The translations under genes and the position numbers were made by a program. Shown here one piece after another: positions 10,268-22,230 of a stretch of 64,000 bases of DNA. The notes beneath the pieces are model-generated. The model saw nothing but the letters and a program-made list of their open reading frames with translations, did no database searches and was not told the DNA's origin. This DNA comes from Hyaloraphidium curvatum SAG 235-1 (lineage: Eukaryota > Fungi > Monoblepharomycota), in NCBI GenBank assembly GCA_025558095.1, contig JAIVFI010000032.1:1-64000 (forward strand), given 5' to 3'. Position 1 is the first letter of the stretch, and each line of letters starts with the position of its first letter.

Positions 10268-10842
10268 GGCGGGAGGGCGCCGGGGGAGGGGGTGTGGAGC
10301 CTGGAAGTGGAGGTGGCGTGGCGGGGGTCCGCACAGCGCGCGAGGTCAGCAGGCGCAAACGGACAAACCCGACGGGATGCGGCCTCGGGATTAACTGCGA
10401 ATTTCCTCCGCAGGTCCATCAAAGGCAAGAGATGAAGGAACTGACCTAGATTGGCCGGATTCGCTTCGGCCGGCTGGCATCCGCGCGAGCACGTGACTCT
10501 CCGGCAGCGGCGGAGAAGGGGCCTGTTCCGGTCCGGATGCATGCAACGATGGGGCAGAGATATCTGAGCTGCTGATTTTGACCCGAACAGGTCCACCTGA
10601 GGCAACCGGCGTTGGAGCCGATGCGACAGGGAAGCGCGGCAGGCGCCCGCGTAGCTCGGAGCTCCCCGCCTTCCGCTGACCCTTCGCTCGTGCTCCCATC
10701 GAGGCCCTCCGGAGTTCGCCACCATCCAATCCATCCATGCAGCTAATCGCATACCTCCAGCTCAAGTAGCCCACCGCTGACTCTCATCCCCGCAAGTCCC
10801 TTGCGTGCGATCGGGCGGCGGTCCCTGCTGCGCCGGACGGCG

Positions 10843-13800
10843 ATGGAGCCCGACGCAGGGGCCGCGGGGCCGCCGGCACCCGGTGCGCCGCCGCGGAGCG
10901 ACACGTCAGTGTGGAGCGAGGCCGAGAAGCGCTGGGTGCCGCTGGCCGAGGTGCCGACGGGGGACACATCGACAGAGACCGCGAAGGCCTCCCCGCCGGG
11001 GCACACGGCCAACGGGGCATCGGCGCCGACGGTCGGCGCATCGCCGGCCACGCCCGCGGGCCCCGCAGCGCCGCAGCGCACGTGGGGCCCCCCGCAGGCG
11101 AGCCCGCCTTCGCCCGCTTCCCCCCACAAACCCTCGCTGTACACCGGCGCCACCTTCGTCACGCGGTACCTGCCGCCCGAGGACGCCCCGCGCGAGCTGC
11201 GGCTGCACCCCGCGGACGCCGAGCTGTTCGACGAGATGATCGCCTGGCGGGCCGCGCGGCCCCACGCCGGCCTGGAGGAGTGCCTTGCCGCCTTTGCCGG
11301 CCGCACGCTGGCGCCGGACCTGCAGATATACACAAACGCAAACGCCCTGGCCCGCACCATGTACGCCCCGTTCTACCCGGACCTGGTGCTGGTCTTCGAG
11401 GCCGACGCGCTGCCCTCGCCCGAGGCCGGGAAGCGGGCCTACCTCCGCGACCGCTACGAGGACCTGATCGTCGGCATGGGCATCATCGTCGAGCGCGAGC
11501 CGCCCCGCCCGCACGCGGACCCGGCCTCGGCGCTGGCCCCGCACCGCTGGTTCGTCAAGCTGTGGATCCCGTTCGAGACCATGTGCAAGGCCGCCGAGGA
11601 GCTGATGCTGCGCATGCCGTTCGTGCCCGCGGCGTCGGTGGCCGCGGGCTTGGAGGCGGCGGGGGTGCCGTACAAGGCCACGCAGCCGTTCGAGAGGGAC
11701 CTGCTGGAGGAGTTTGTCGGGGGGAAGGCGGCCGGCGGGCGGGAGTGGGAGGTGCAGATGAGGTTTTGGGAGGGCGGATGGCGCGCCCTGGCCGGCGCGT
11801 ACCTGGTTGAGCACTTGACCATCCGGGACTACAGCCCGGACCGGCCCAAGGCCAGGCTGAACAGGCTGCTGGGCGACGGCGTCTACACCGGTTCGTTGCC
11901 TTTTCGTCGCCAACGAGACGAACCCCTTCCTTCAACTGACCCTCGCGCTGCCCCCCTCAGACTTCTACCCTCCCCACTCGGGTCCCATCAACGGCCAGGG
12001 CCCCGGCTCCTCCTCCAACGGCCTCTCCTTCCTTCCCCCACCCCCCGACGACCCCGAGGCGCCCCCGCCGTCGGCCCCCTCGACCGTCCTCGTCCCCCCG
12101 AACCCGCGCGTGGACCTGCACCGCGACTGGGCGCGGGTCAAGCTCATGTGGCGCAAGGGGTGGCGGCAGCCGCTGGACGACGTGCGCAAGTACTTTGGCG
12201 AGCGGATCGCGTGGTACTTTGCCTGGGCAGGCGGGTCTCCGCCGACCGATCCCCCGCGTGTCCGCTGACACCCCGCTTCCCCCTTGCCAGGCTTCTACAC
12301 CCTCCTCCTCATCCCCCTCTCCGCCTTTGCCTTTGTCGTCTTCATCTACGGCCTCGTCACCGCCGCCACCGGCGGCGCCTTCTCCGTCGACTTTGCCCAG
12401 GCCAACCTGACCGAGGTCGGCACGGTGATCGTCACGGGCTTCGCCGTGACGTTCGACAACGCGCTCACGCCGTGGTACGGCATCGCCCTGTGCGCGTGGG
12501 CGACGATCGCGTTCGAGTACTGGAAGCGGAGGACGTCGGCGCTCTCGTTCGCGTGGGACACGGGGGATTTCAAGCACTCGGAGGTGACGCGGCCCGAGTG
12601 GATCGGGACCAACACGCGGAGGAGCACGGTGACGGGGAGGTTCGAGCAGTACGCGCCGGACGGGGTGCAGCAGGGGCTCAGGACGCTGTCGTGGTGCCTG
12701 GTCGGGCTGTCGGTACGTGGCGTCCCCGCTGAGTTGCCTGCGTGCCGGCGCTGAACGGCCGCCTTGTTAGATCGGCGTCGTCGTCCTGGCCATCTGCGGC
12801 TTTATCGCCTTCCAGGCCTGGGCCATCCGTTCCCTCGCCGACTACCCCTTTGCCGGCACCATCCTCCCCGCCCTCCTCTCCCTGGTCTCGATCGTCGTGC
12901 TCGACGGCCTGTACAAGAAGCTCGTGGTGCCGTGGCTGCTGCAGATCGAGAACTGGAAGAAGGAGAGCGAGTACGAGAACTCGTACATCATCAAGGTGTT
13001 CCTGTTCGACTTTGTCAACCTGTACGGGTCGCTGTTCTACATCGGCGTGGTGAAGCCGTGGGTGAGCCTGACGGGGGTGTTCAACCGGGACGACTGGAAG
13101 GACACTTGCGCTTGTGGGTTTCCGTCCCTGCCGCCGAACCCTGGCCACCCGCTTACCTCCCCGCCCGGGTAGTCAACTCGTGCATGGCCGAGCTCATGAT
13201 CCAGCTCGTCGTCATCTTCCTCGCGCGGCAGTGGCTCAACTCGCTCGTCGAGTGGGTTCTCCCCCGCCTGAAGACGTGGTGGAACGAGCGCAAGGGCAAG
13301 GTGGTGCGGGACGATGACGTGGTCGAGGACGCGACGAGGGGCCAGTACATCTCGGACGCGGGGAGGATCAAGTACGAGAGGGCGGATTTGTGGGCCGACT
13401 ACACCAAGATCAGTGCGTGCTCTTTCCGGCTTGCCGAATGACCGCAGCTCACCCTGTTTCGGGCCCGCAGTCGCGCAGTACGGCTACATCTCCCTCTTCT
13501 CGGTCGCCTTCCCCCTCGCCGCGCCGCTCGCGCTCTTCAACAATCTCATCGAGATCCGCTCCGACGCCTCGCGGCTGGTGCTCATCTGCCAACGGCCGTT
13601 TTTCCGGCGGGCAAAGGACCAGGGCGTGTACGACAGCGTGCTCAGCGTCATCTCGTACATGAGTGTCATGGTCTGTCCCCGCCCGCCTGCCCCGGCCTTG
13701 GTTGTGCTGACCGTTCCCCGCCGTGCAGTTCAACGCCCTCATCATCTCCTTCTCCTCCACCGCCGTCAAGGTGTCCTACCTGGACCGGTACGGCCCGCAG

Positions 13801-14393
13801 AACGCGCTGGCGGCGCAGTTCGGCTTCGCGCTGGCCTTCACGGGGGTCGTGCTGGTGGTGTCCAAGGCCGCGGAGCTGGTCATCCCGGACGTGAGCAAGG
13901 AGACTAAGACGGCGATGGAGCGAGAGGAGTACCTCGTGGGGACCAAGGTGGGTTTCCGGCTCGGGGCGAGCGGGTAGCGTGGTCGGCCTGACCGCCGCCG
14001 CCCGGGCAGTTCTTCGAGTGGCGCGAGGCCCAGGACGTCGCGGTCCCCCGCGCGCAGCCGTCCACGTGGGAGGCGCTGCAGCGGCTCATGGGCAGCGACA
14101 AGCTGCGGCAGCGCAAGGCGGCCGAGGCGCTCCAGGCCGACAAGAACAAGGCGGGCGTGGTGCTGGAGCCGCCGCCGTCCGACATCGACGCCAAGCGGTC
14201 CGAAACCATCGAGCGCGCGGCGGAGGAGAAGCGCAAGGCGCAGAGGCTGGCGGTGCAGGAGGCCGCGGCGGCGCACGCAGCGTGGAGCGGGCTGCCCATG
14301 TCGGACGAGCTGGACATCGAGAAGCTGCCGCCGACGCAGAGGTACAGGCTGCAGCAGCAGAGGCGGGACAGGGCGTTGGGTGTATCTGGCTAA
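10843..14393 (+). CDS. Anoctamin/TMEM16 (Ist2-like) scramblase/channel, multi-exon
   Basis: QPLDDVRKYFGERIAWYFAW, FEYWKR, YIIKVFLFDFVNLY..LFYI, CMAELMIQL, QYGYISLFSVAFPLA..LAL.NNLIEIRSDA; about 7 short introns. Confidence 0.92.
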
Positions 14394-14476
14394 CGTATCG
14401 CGGGCGGGTCGTCTGTGACTAATGTGAACTGAGTCTGTTTACCTTGTGTCTTCTGCCACCTCCTACACCCTCTTTG

Positions 14477-17273
14477 CTACTTCTGCCTGAAGTTGCAGAA
14501 CCGCAGCGCCAGGTACGCCAGCGCAAACCAGCCCACCCCTTGGACGAACGCCACGCCGACGTAGAAGCTGGTCGGAGTCACGGCGGGGTGGTCGATCCCG
14601 AAGCCGACGACGGCGTTGCTGGCGTTGCGGATGACCCCTGCAGGAAGAACGGATCAGCTTCGGACGGATGGGCTCGGCGAGGACGACACCCACATTCAAA
14701 CTGCAGCACGCCAGCGACAAACTCCTCCCCCGACGACAGCGAGCACACGTAGGTGATGGGCAGCGGGTTGGCGATCAGGTGGTTCGCAAGACCCATGAGC
14801 GCCGACGCCCGCACGGTCCTGTTGAGGCTTTCGTCGAAGGCGGTGACGGAGCTGGTCGGGATCCCGACGGCGGAGGAGAAGGCGGAGGAGGCGTCGGCAA
14901 TCAGGCCGTAGAGGCTTGACAGGGTCGAATTTGGGTTTCCCGCCGAGGCCGCCGCCGCGCGCGCGGTGCGGAGGTTGGCCAGCCGCCGGGCGTCGCGATA
15001 CAGCCCGAACAGGGTGTCGTTGACCGCCAGCCCAGCGTCGCGCCAGATGCCGAATGAGTTGAGGGCGGCTACCAGCGAGGCGTTGCCGGCCGCCGCGAGG
15101 GCGGTGAGGTTCTTTGCCGCGCCGCCAAGGCCCGAGACGGAGATGGAGGTGACCTCGAAGGGGAAGCGCTCCGAGTTGGTGGCGCACGAGAGGGGCTGCC
15201 CGACGAACTCGTCGCGCATCATGGGGACGAACATCATGCGCGCCCAGCTGTACGTGGTTGGATCGGGTCACATCGGGCGCGGGCGGGCAGGTCGGCACGC
15301 AGGAACCCACGAGAGCCACTGCCAGAAGGTCCTCGTCGTCGGGTGCCTCGCGAACAGGAAGGCGTCCGAGACATACATCCCCCCCAGGATCAGGCTGTAG
15401 TAGAACTGCAGCGTGAAGGTGGCGTTGGCGTAGGGGATCGATGCGGCGACGTAGGCGCAGAGCATGTTGACGGCCGTGGTGGCGAATGCCTCGGGGATCA
15501 TGTAGCCGACGTAGCGGCCGGGGTGGAGGAAGCCGGCCATGGAGAAGACGATGCCGCCGACGATCGCCTGTACGTTTGGAGGGTAGTGAGTCCCAGTGAT
15601 CGCGCGGGGATGCCGGTGAGAGTTACCATGATCAGAGAGATGAAGAGCCACTCGACAAGGAACATGGCGGTGAGGTGCGCGAGCCTGTGGTAGTAGCCGG
15701 CCGCCTCCTCGTGGTAGTATAGCTTGCGCTTCTCGACCCAGTAGGCGATGGCGGCCGATCCGAGACCGGCGGTCATGAGCTTGTACAGGAAGGCAAGAGC
15801 CGCGCGGCCCTCGTAGCCACCTGCGCGACGAATGTCGATTATCAGTTGAAGGAGGAGCCAACCATACTCCATGGATGCATACCGAGGTTGCGCTGCAGCT
15901 GGTAGTAGGCCACGCCGAAGAAGAGGGCGACGACAATGCCCGCGATCAGCCGCGAAGCCGACATGACCGGGTTGCGGAAGTAGATGACGACCTGGCGCTT
16001 GACGAGCTCCCAGAGCTGCACGTGGAAGCCAGCGACCTGGTAGAACCCGGCGCGCTCCCAGAAGCCGGGCTGGGCGTCGCCTCGGCCGGCGAGTTCGGCG
16101 ACGGAGCCCTGGCCTGCGTGGATAGCGTCGACCTTGGCGACGAGTGCGGAGTCCTGCCAGGCTTGGATGAGCTTGTCGGACTGGGCGGCGAGGGCCATGG
16201 AGTATGTTTCGGCTGCAAGGCAAATCGCATCAGACGAACTCTGGCTGCAGCGGCAACGCAAAAAACCGACCTGGGTTGCCCGTGACCTGGATTCCGAGGC
16301 CCTCGAAATACTGCACGGCGTCCGCGACCGTGCCAAAGTAGCAGAGCTTGCCCTTAGCCAGCAGCAGCAGGTGGTCGAACTGCTCAAGGATCGTGTACGA
16401 CGGCTGGTGGATGGTCGCGACGCAGGCAAGCTTGCGGAGGCGAGCGACCTCGACGATGTTCGAGACAATCTCCCGGCCCGTGGTAGAGTCGAGGCCTGTC
16501 GTGGGCTCGTCGAGGAAGAGGACTGGCGGGCCCTGCAGGAGCTCGAGGGCGATGTAGCAGCGCTTGCGCTCGCCCGTCGAGAGGCCGCGGACGATGGCCG
16601 AGCCGATGCGGCGGTTCTCGCAGTGCTTGAGCCTCATGACCTCGAGGGCATCGTCAATCTGAAGCGCGCGGGAGATCAGTCAAGCTGTGCTAAGCGGCGC
16701 AACAGGGGGCCAACACCCACGCGGGCCTCGTGCTGGGCATAAGACCAGCCCCCAGGAAGACGGAGATTCGCTCCGAATCGCAGCATCTCCCTGACGGTGA
16801 GCTCCGGTGGCAGCAGGTCGTCCGAGGTCACGTAGCCGGAGCTCTTCATGAAGGTGCGCTTCTGCAACTGCGCGCCGTTCAGCCGCACGTCCTGAGTCCA
16901 CTTCCCGATGGTCTTGCGGAAGGCGAGCACGTCGAGGAGCGTCGACTTGCCGGCACCCGAGGGGCCCATGATGGCGAGGGCCTGTCCGGGCGGCCGGAAT
17001 TCGGGGTTGAAGGGGGAGGCCAGGATGGAAGAGACGACCCACCTTGCAGAAGCCGGAGACCGCATCGAGCAGGATCTTGGGCTTGCCATCGACCTTGAGC
17101 ACGCAGCTGATGTCCTTGAACGAGAAGAATACGGGGTTGAGCTGGTCGTTGTCGGAGACGGCCCATGTGGCCATGCGCGAGGCGCGGCCGCCGGGCTGCG
17201 CAGCAATGGGAGACACCCTCCCGTACGCATCCCCATTCGAGGCCGGTGCCGGAGCAGGGGTTTCGCTCCGCAT
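14477..17273 (-). CDS. ABCG (white-type) half transporter A
   Basis: GPSGAGKSTLLD, LSTGERKR, VLFLDEPTTGLDS, TIHQPS, then a membrane domain with a large extracellular loop; ends ALAYLALRFCNFRQK-stop; multi-exon. Confidence 0.92.
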
Positions 17274-17566
17274 ATTTCAGCGGTTTCCGGCGGTCGGAAT
17301 AGAGGTTGCAGACGTCCGACGGGTCTGCCGGTGCCGTTGCGTCGCCAGGGTTTCCAGACCCGCCTCCAACCCATCGCAATTCCGACTCTGCGGGGCGGTT
17401 CGACGGCGAGCTGACGACAAAGAGCAGACTACCTCGACTAAAGCATTGAATTCCGGACACCGTCGGAAAGCCTTTCCCTCGCGAGAGAACACCGCCGTTC
17501 CCCTCCCCGGGTCCGCCGCCGACCTCCGCCGCGCATTCCGACTCTGCAGCTACGAAACCGCCCGAA
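17274..17566. promoter_or_regulatory. Probable bidirectional promoter of the two ABCG genes
   Basis: 293 bp between divergent start codons; lower GC than the flanking coding DNA. Confidence 0.55.
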
Positions 17567-20129
17567 ATGAACACCGAAATCGAACGCACAGCTCCCGCTT
17601 CCCCCGGCACCGCGGGCACTGGGCAGCCCCTGCTCCCCGCGCAGACCGGCAGCGGGCAGCCCGGCTACACTCTGACCTTCGAGAACGTCAACTGCACCAT
17701 CACCACCACGAGCTGGTTCCCCAGGGAGACAAAGGTCGTGCAGCAGAGCCTCGTAGACTGCAGCGGCTTTGCCCGTCCTGGAGAGTCTCTGGCCATCATC
17801 GGCCCCAGCGGCGCGGGCAAGACGACCCTGCTCGGTTGGCTCCTCGCCAGTCCGCCCCGTTCGGCCCAGCTGATCTCGATTTCCTCCCAGACATCCTCTC
17901 GCAGCGCAAGTCGGTCGGCAAGATCACCGGCGAGGTCCTCGTCAACGGCGAGAAGCCCGACATGTTCTACAAGAAGCGCCTCGGGCACGTCGCCGCGACC
18001 ATGGCCAGCATATCGACCATGACCGTGCGCGAGACCCTTGTGTTCGCCGCCGAGTGCCGCATGCCGCGGGCCTCGACGCGCGAGGAGCGCATCGCCCGCG
18101 TCGACGAGGTCATCGCGGGGCTCAAGCTCGCGGAGGCGCAGAACACGCCCATCGGCGACGAGTTGATCCGCGGCCTGTCGTCGGGCGAGAAACGGCGCAC
18201 CGAGGTGGCCACCGAGATGATCGCCCGCCCGCGCATGCTGTTCCTGGATGAGCCGACTTCGTGGGTGTCCCCACCGTGCGTACCGAGCGCGTGGTTTCGA
18301 GCTGACGCCTCGCTCGTCGCAGGGGCCTCGACGACTTTGGCGCCCGCTTCACCATGGAGACCGTGCTCAAGTTCGTCAAGTCCGAGAACGTCTGCGTGAT
18401 CGTCGTCATCCACCAGCCCTCGGAAGCCGTCTTCCGGCTGTTCGACCAGGTCATGATCATCTGTGCCGGCCGAACCTGCTACTTTGGACGCGTGGCGACC
18501 GCCGAGAACTACTTTGCGGGCATCGGCCACCCGTCCGCCAAGCTCCAGAACCCGATCGAGCACTATCGTAGGCTTTCGCAGTCAGTCTCTCTGCGGCCTC
18601 TGCTAATCACCGTGCCGTCTCTTGCAGTCGACGTCTGCTCTGCCGATCCCGCCGCAACCGCCGACGCCTACGGAAGGTCCGACCTCGCGAAGCAGAACCT
18701 CGCGGAGCTCGCCCGCCTCAAGGCGCAGCAGTTCCAGCCGATCCGCTACTCGCAACACATCGTCGAGCGCCCGTGGTATGACCAGATCGCGCTGGTCGGG
18801 CGCCGCACGCTGCTCCGCTACTACCGCAACCCCGCCACCTCGTGGGGCCGGCTCTTCGTCTTCACCATCCTCGGCCTGCTCTTCGGCATCATCTTCTACC
18901 AGCTCGGCAACAACACCACGGGGATGCGCAACACCCTCGGCGTGGCGACGACGTTCACGTTCCTCGCGGTGTACGTCGCTATCGCGGCGGTTCCGCAGTT
19001 CCTCGAGGACAGGGAACTGTACCTGCAGGAGCTAGATTCCGCCTTTTACGTTACGTGGCCCTACTGGTTCACCTATCTCGCGATCGAGTGCGTACGAGGC
19101 ACGATGCGCCGCCATGCTTCTAACTCTTTTGCCCCGCACAGATCGAACATCACGACCGTCATCACCACCATTCAGATCCTCATGATTTGGCCGATGGCGG
19201 GCTTCCCCTGGGCCCCCTTCGGCCACGTGTACGCGATGATGCTCGTCCAGTTCTGGCTGGCGACGGCGGTCGCGCAGGCCTGGTCGGCGTGGTGCAGGAC
19301 GCTGGTGCAGGCGTACACGGCGCTTTGGGCCGCTGCTCTCATCTTCTACGCTTTCTCTGGGGCGATGGTGCCGCTGGGGACCGTGAGCCCGGCGCTGAGG
19401 TGGCTGGCGGACGTCAACTACTGGCGCTGGTGCCTCCAGTACGTCGTGAGTGTCGATCCGTGCCAACATCTCTTGGTCCACGGTTTTTAAAGCTCCTTCG
19501 TATCGCAGATCTGGCAGATGATGAAGGACTACATCGTCGAATGCGTCCCGACCCCGTCGACCACCTTTGCCGGCGGCGCCGCCCGTGCCTTCGCAGGCGC
19601 TCTGACCGGCAGCTTCGTTGCCAACGCGAGCAACCCCGCCGATGTCTCGAGCTTCTGGAGCGGCGTCGCCACTATGCGTGCCAACGCCGCCGCCTCGCTG
19701 TCCGCCGACCAGGCCGCGCAGGCCGACCTGCTGGCCAACAGCAACGCCGTCGCTGCGGCCATCGCCCCCGTCGCAAACGGGACCACCTTTGGCCCTCTGG
19801 CGAACCAGTACGCCCGTGCGGTGGCGTCGTACGACTTCTACCTGAACGCCTCCGCCGCGGCCGCCGAGATCGCCGCCAACCCCGCCGCCTTCCCGCCGGG
19901 CTTCTTCTGCCCGTTCGGGCAGGGCATCGACTTCGTCAGGAGGTTCCGAGACCTTTCGCCCGAGAACCCGGCATCGACGCCCGTGGCGTTCGCGGTCAAC
20001 ATTGCGCTGCTGGTCTTCTTTTCGCTCATGACTCTGACCGGTGGGTGGCCACCCTGCGATCGATCCCGGCCGAGCTGACGGAATCCGCTTCCAGGCCTCA
20101 TGTACTCCAGGAACTACCGCAAGAGGTAG
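17567..20129 (+). CDS. ABCG (white-type) half transporter B
   Basis: GPSGAGKTTLL, LSSGEKRR, LFLDEPTSGLD, VIHQPS, membrane domain, large extracellular loop; ends GLMYSRNYRKR-stop; multi-exon. Confidence 0.92.
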
Positions 20130-20216
20130 ATCGATGCGTCGGATCGCGTGTAGGCTTTGAAATGGGATCGCGGGGTTGAGTGGGCCGATCGTCCCCCACG
20201 TCCCCCACCTCCAACA

Positions 20217-21066
20217 ATGTCCGCCCCCGACGTCCTCTACGATGTCAGCGACCACATCGCCACGATTACGCTCAACCGTGCCGACCGGATGAACACCATC
20301 TCGGGCCCAATGCTCGACCAGCTGACCGCGCTCATGCTCCGCGCCGACCGCGATCCCGAAGTGCGCTGCATCGTGCTCACCGGCACCGGGCGCGCCTTCT
20401 GCGCCGGCCTGGACCTCTCGGGCGCGCGGCAGGGCAACGTCCAGCCCGAAGGACTGCAGGGCGCGACGGACATCGACCTCCGGGCCACTCCGCCGACCGT
20501 CATTTACAGCCTGAACACGCCGGTGATCTGTGCGCTCAACGGGTCGGCGGCGGGATACGGGATGGACCTGGCCATCGTGTGCGACATCAGGATCATGGCC
20601 CAGAGCGCGAAGCTCGCGGCCGCGTTCGTCAAGCGCGGGGCGATGCCCGAATCGGGAGGTGGGATCCGACACAGAGTTCCGCCGCCTTCCATTCCTGAGC
20701 GACACGTCGTTGACAGGCACCTGGCTCCTCCCCCGTCTCCTCGGCTGGGCGAAAGCGGCTGAAGTGATTTTCACCGGCCGCACCCTCTCCTCGGCCGAGT
20801 GCCTCTCCCTCGGCCTCGTCTCCCATGTCGTCCCCGACGCCGAGGTGCAGCGCACCGCGCGCGCCCTCGCCGCCGAGATCGCGGGCAACGCGCCGCTGGC
20901 CGTGCAGGCGTGCAAGCGGATGATGAGGATGGGGATGGGGCAAACCTTCGACGCCCACGTGCACCATGTGTTCCTGCAGCTGCTGCCGCTATTCAGGACC
21001 AGGGACGCTAGGGAGGGCATGGGCGCGTTCATGGAGAAGAGGGACCCCAAGTTCGAGGGGAACTGA
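20217..21066 (+). CDS. Enoyl-CoA hydratase/isomerase (crotonase family)
   Basis: ITLNRADRMN, GRAFCAGLDL, PVICALNG.AAGYG, PESG, EGMGAFMEKRDPKF; one intron at about 20659-20716. Confidence 0.9.
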
Positions 21067-21142
21067 TCGGAGTGTCAGGAGGGAATCCGCCGGGACCGCG
21101 AGAAGCCAGGAATCGAAGCCGTTGGGTCATCTTCGCCTCCTC

Positions 21143-21955
21143 CTACGGCTGGTCCGGGTACCCGTAGAAGTGCAGCAGCCCGATCTTCCTGTCCCCCGCC
21201 GCCTCCAGCCTCGCGGACACCTCGTACGTCCCCTCCCTTGCCGGCCTCACCCACGCCATCCCGCCAGATCCGTCTTCCCCCGCAGGCGAGTAGTCCTTCC
21301 ACCCCGTCGAGTGCGCCGCCCACAGCGCCGGATCCCTGCGCTCCCGTTCCGTCTTGATCCTCTTCAGCGAGACCGCCCTCACTGGCCCTTCGGAAGGATC
21401 GGGAATGAACAACCGCGGGATCCGGAACTCCCCCGCCGCATGGTTCGCCCAGTGTCCCTCCAGCGCCGCCACGTAGGGCTCGGCAAAGGCGATCCCGGCA
21501 TTGAGGTCAAAAATCTGGCTGTCAGGGCTCTTCGGTGCCGCCGACCACGCGTGCCGGAACAGCGGTACCGGGTCGCCGTGCTGCCCCTTGTCCGTATAGG
21601 CGCGCTGGTTGAGGGTGTCCGCCCAAACGCGCACGAGTGCGCCATCTGGGCCGAGTGGCAGCGAGGCGGGGCACGAGAGCTGCCTCTCCACAGACGCGCC
21701 GTAAAGCGCCTTCTCGAACACGGCGGACGCGTCGTTCGGGCAGGTGACCCAAGATCCGGAGGGACGAAAGAACTTCCATAGCGGGTGCGCAGCCGCGCCG
21801 TCCTCTTGCGCGGGAGCGGGGTCAGGGGAGTCGGCCGGGGCAGTGCGACTTCGGCGGGCCGCGGCCGCGCGAGGTTTCTTGGCCGGCGCGGCAGATTGCG
21901 ATTCTTGGGTTGTGGATCCGCGTTTTCGCTTGGGATCAGCTAGCTTAGGAGGCAT
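21143..21955 (-). CDS. Hypothetical nuclear protein with WWE-like segment
   Basis: 270-aa ORF with basic NLS-like N-terminus (PKRKR, KKPR); LWKFFRPSGSWVTCPNDASAVFEKAL fits W..W..E spacing. Confidence 0.5.
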   Translation of the reverse strand: MPPKLADPKRKRGSTTQESQSAAPAKKPRAAAARRSRTAPADSPDPAPAQEDGAAAHPLWKFFRPSGSWVTCPNDASAVFEKALYGASVERQLSCPASLPLGPDGALVRVWADTLNQRAYTDKGQHGDPVPLFRHAWSAAPKSPDSQIFDLNAGIAFAEPYVAALEGHWANHAAGEFRIPRLFIPDPSEGPVRAVSLKRIKTERERRDPALWAAHSTGWKDYSPAGEDGSGGMAWVRPAREGTYEVSARLEAAGDRKIGLLHFYGYPDQP

Positions 21956-22230
21956 CTGGGGGGCGAACTTGGTTGCGTGTTGGGCGAGTAAACAAACCGA
22001 TGCGTGACGCTATGTCGATACGAAGCCCATCGGCGCAGGATGAAATCTATTTGCTCCATGACAAGGATGCGATGAAGTTCGAGCCCCATTAGTGGCAAAT
22101 TCGAGAGAGCGGATGACGGTTTTCCTTGGGAACATGGAACATTCCGCGTGGGTGGGAGACACCATCCTCGGATTCGCGCCCACTCGTCCCCGAACCCCGA
22201 CTCTCACTTCCCTTCTCCTCGATTTCAGCA

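Noticed and set aside
19032-21050. 672-aa minus-strand ORF
   Set aside because: Antisense shadow of the ABCG and crotonase genes; Arg/Gly/Val-rich with no motifs, as expected at about 70% GC.
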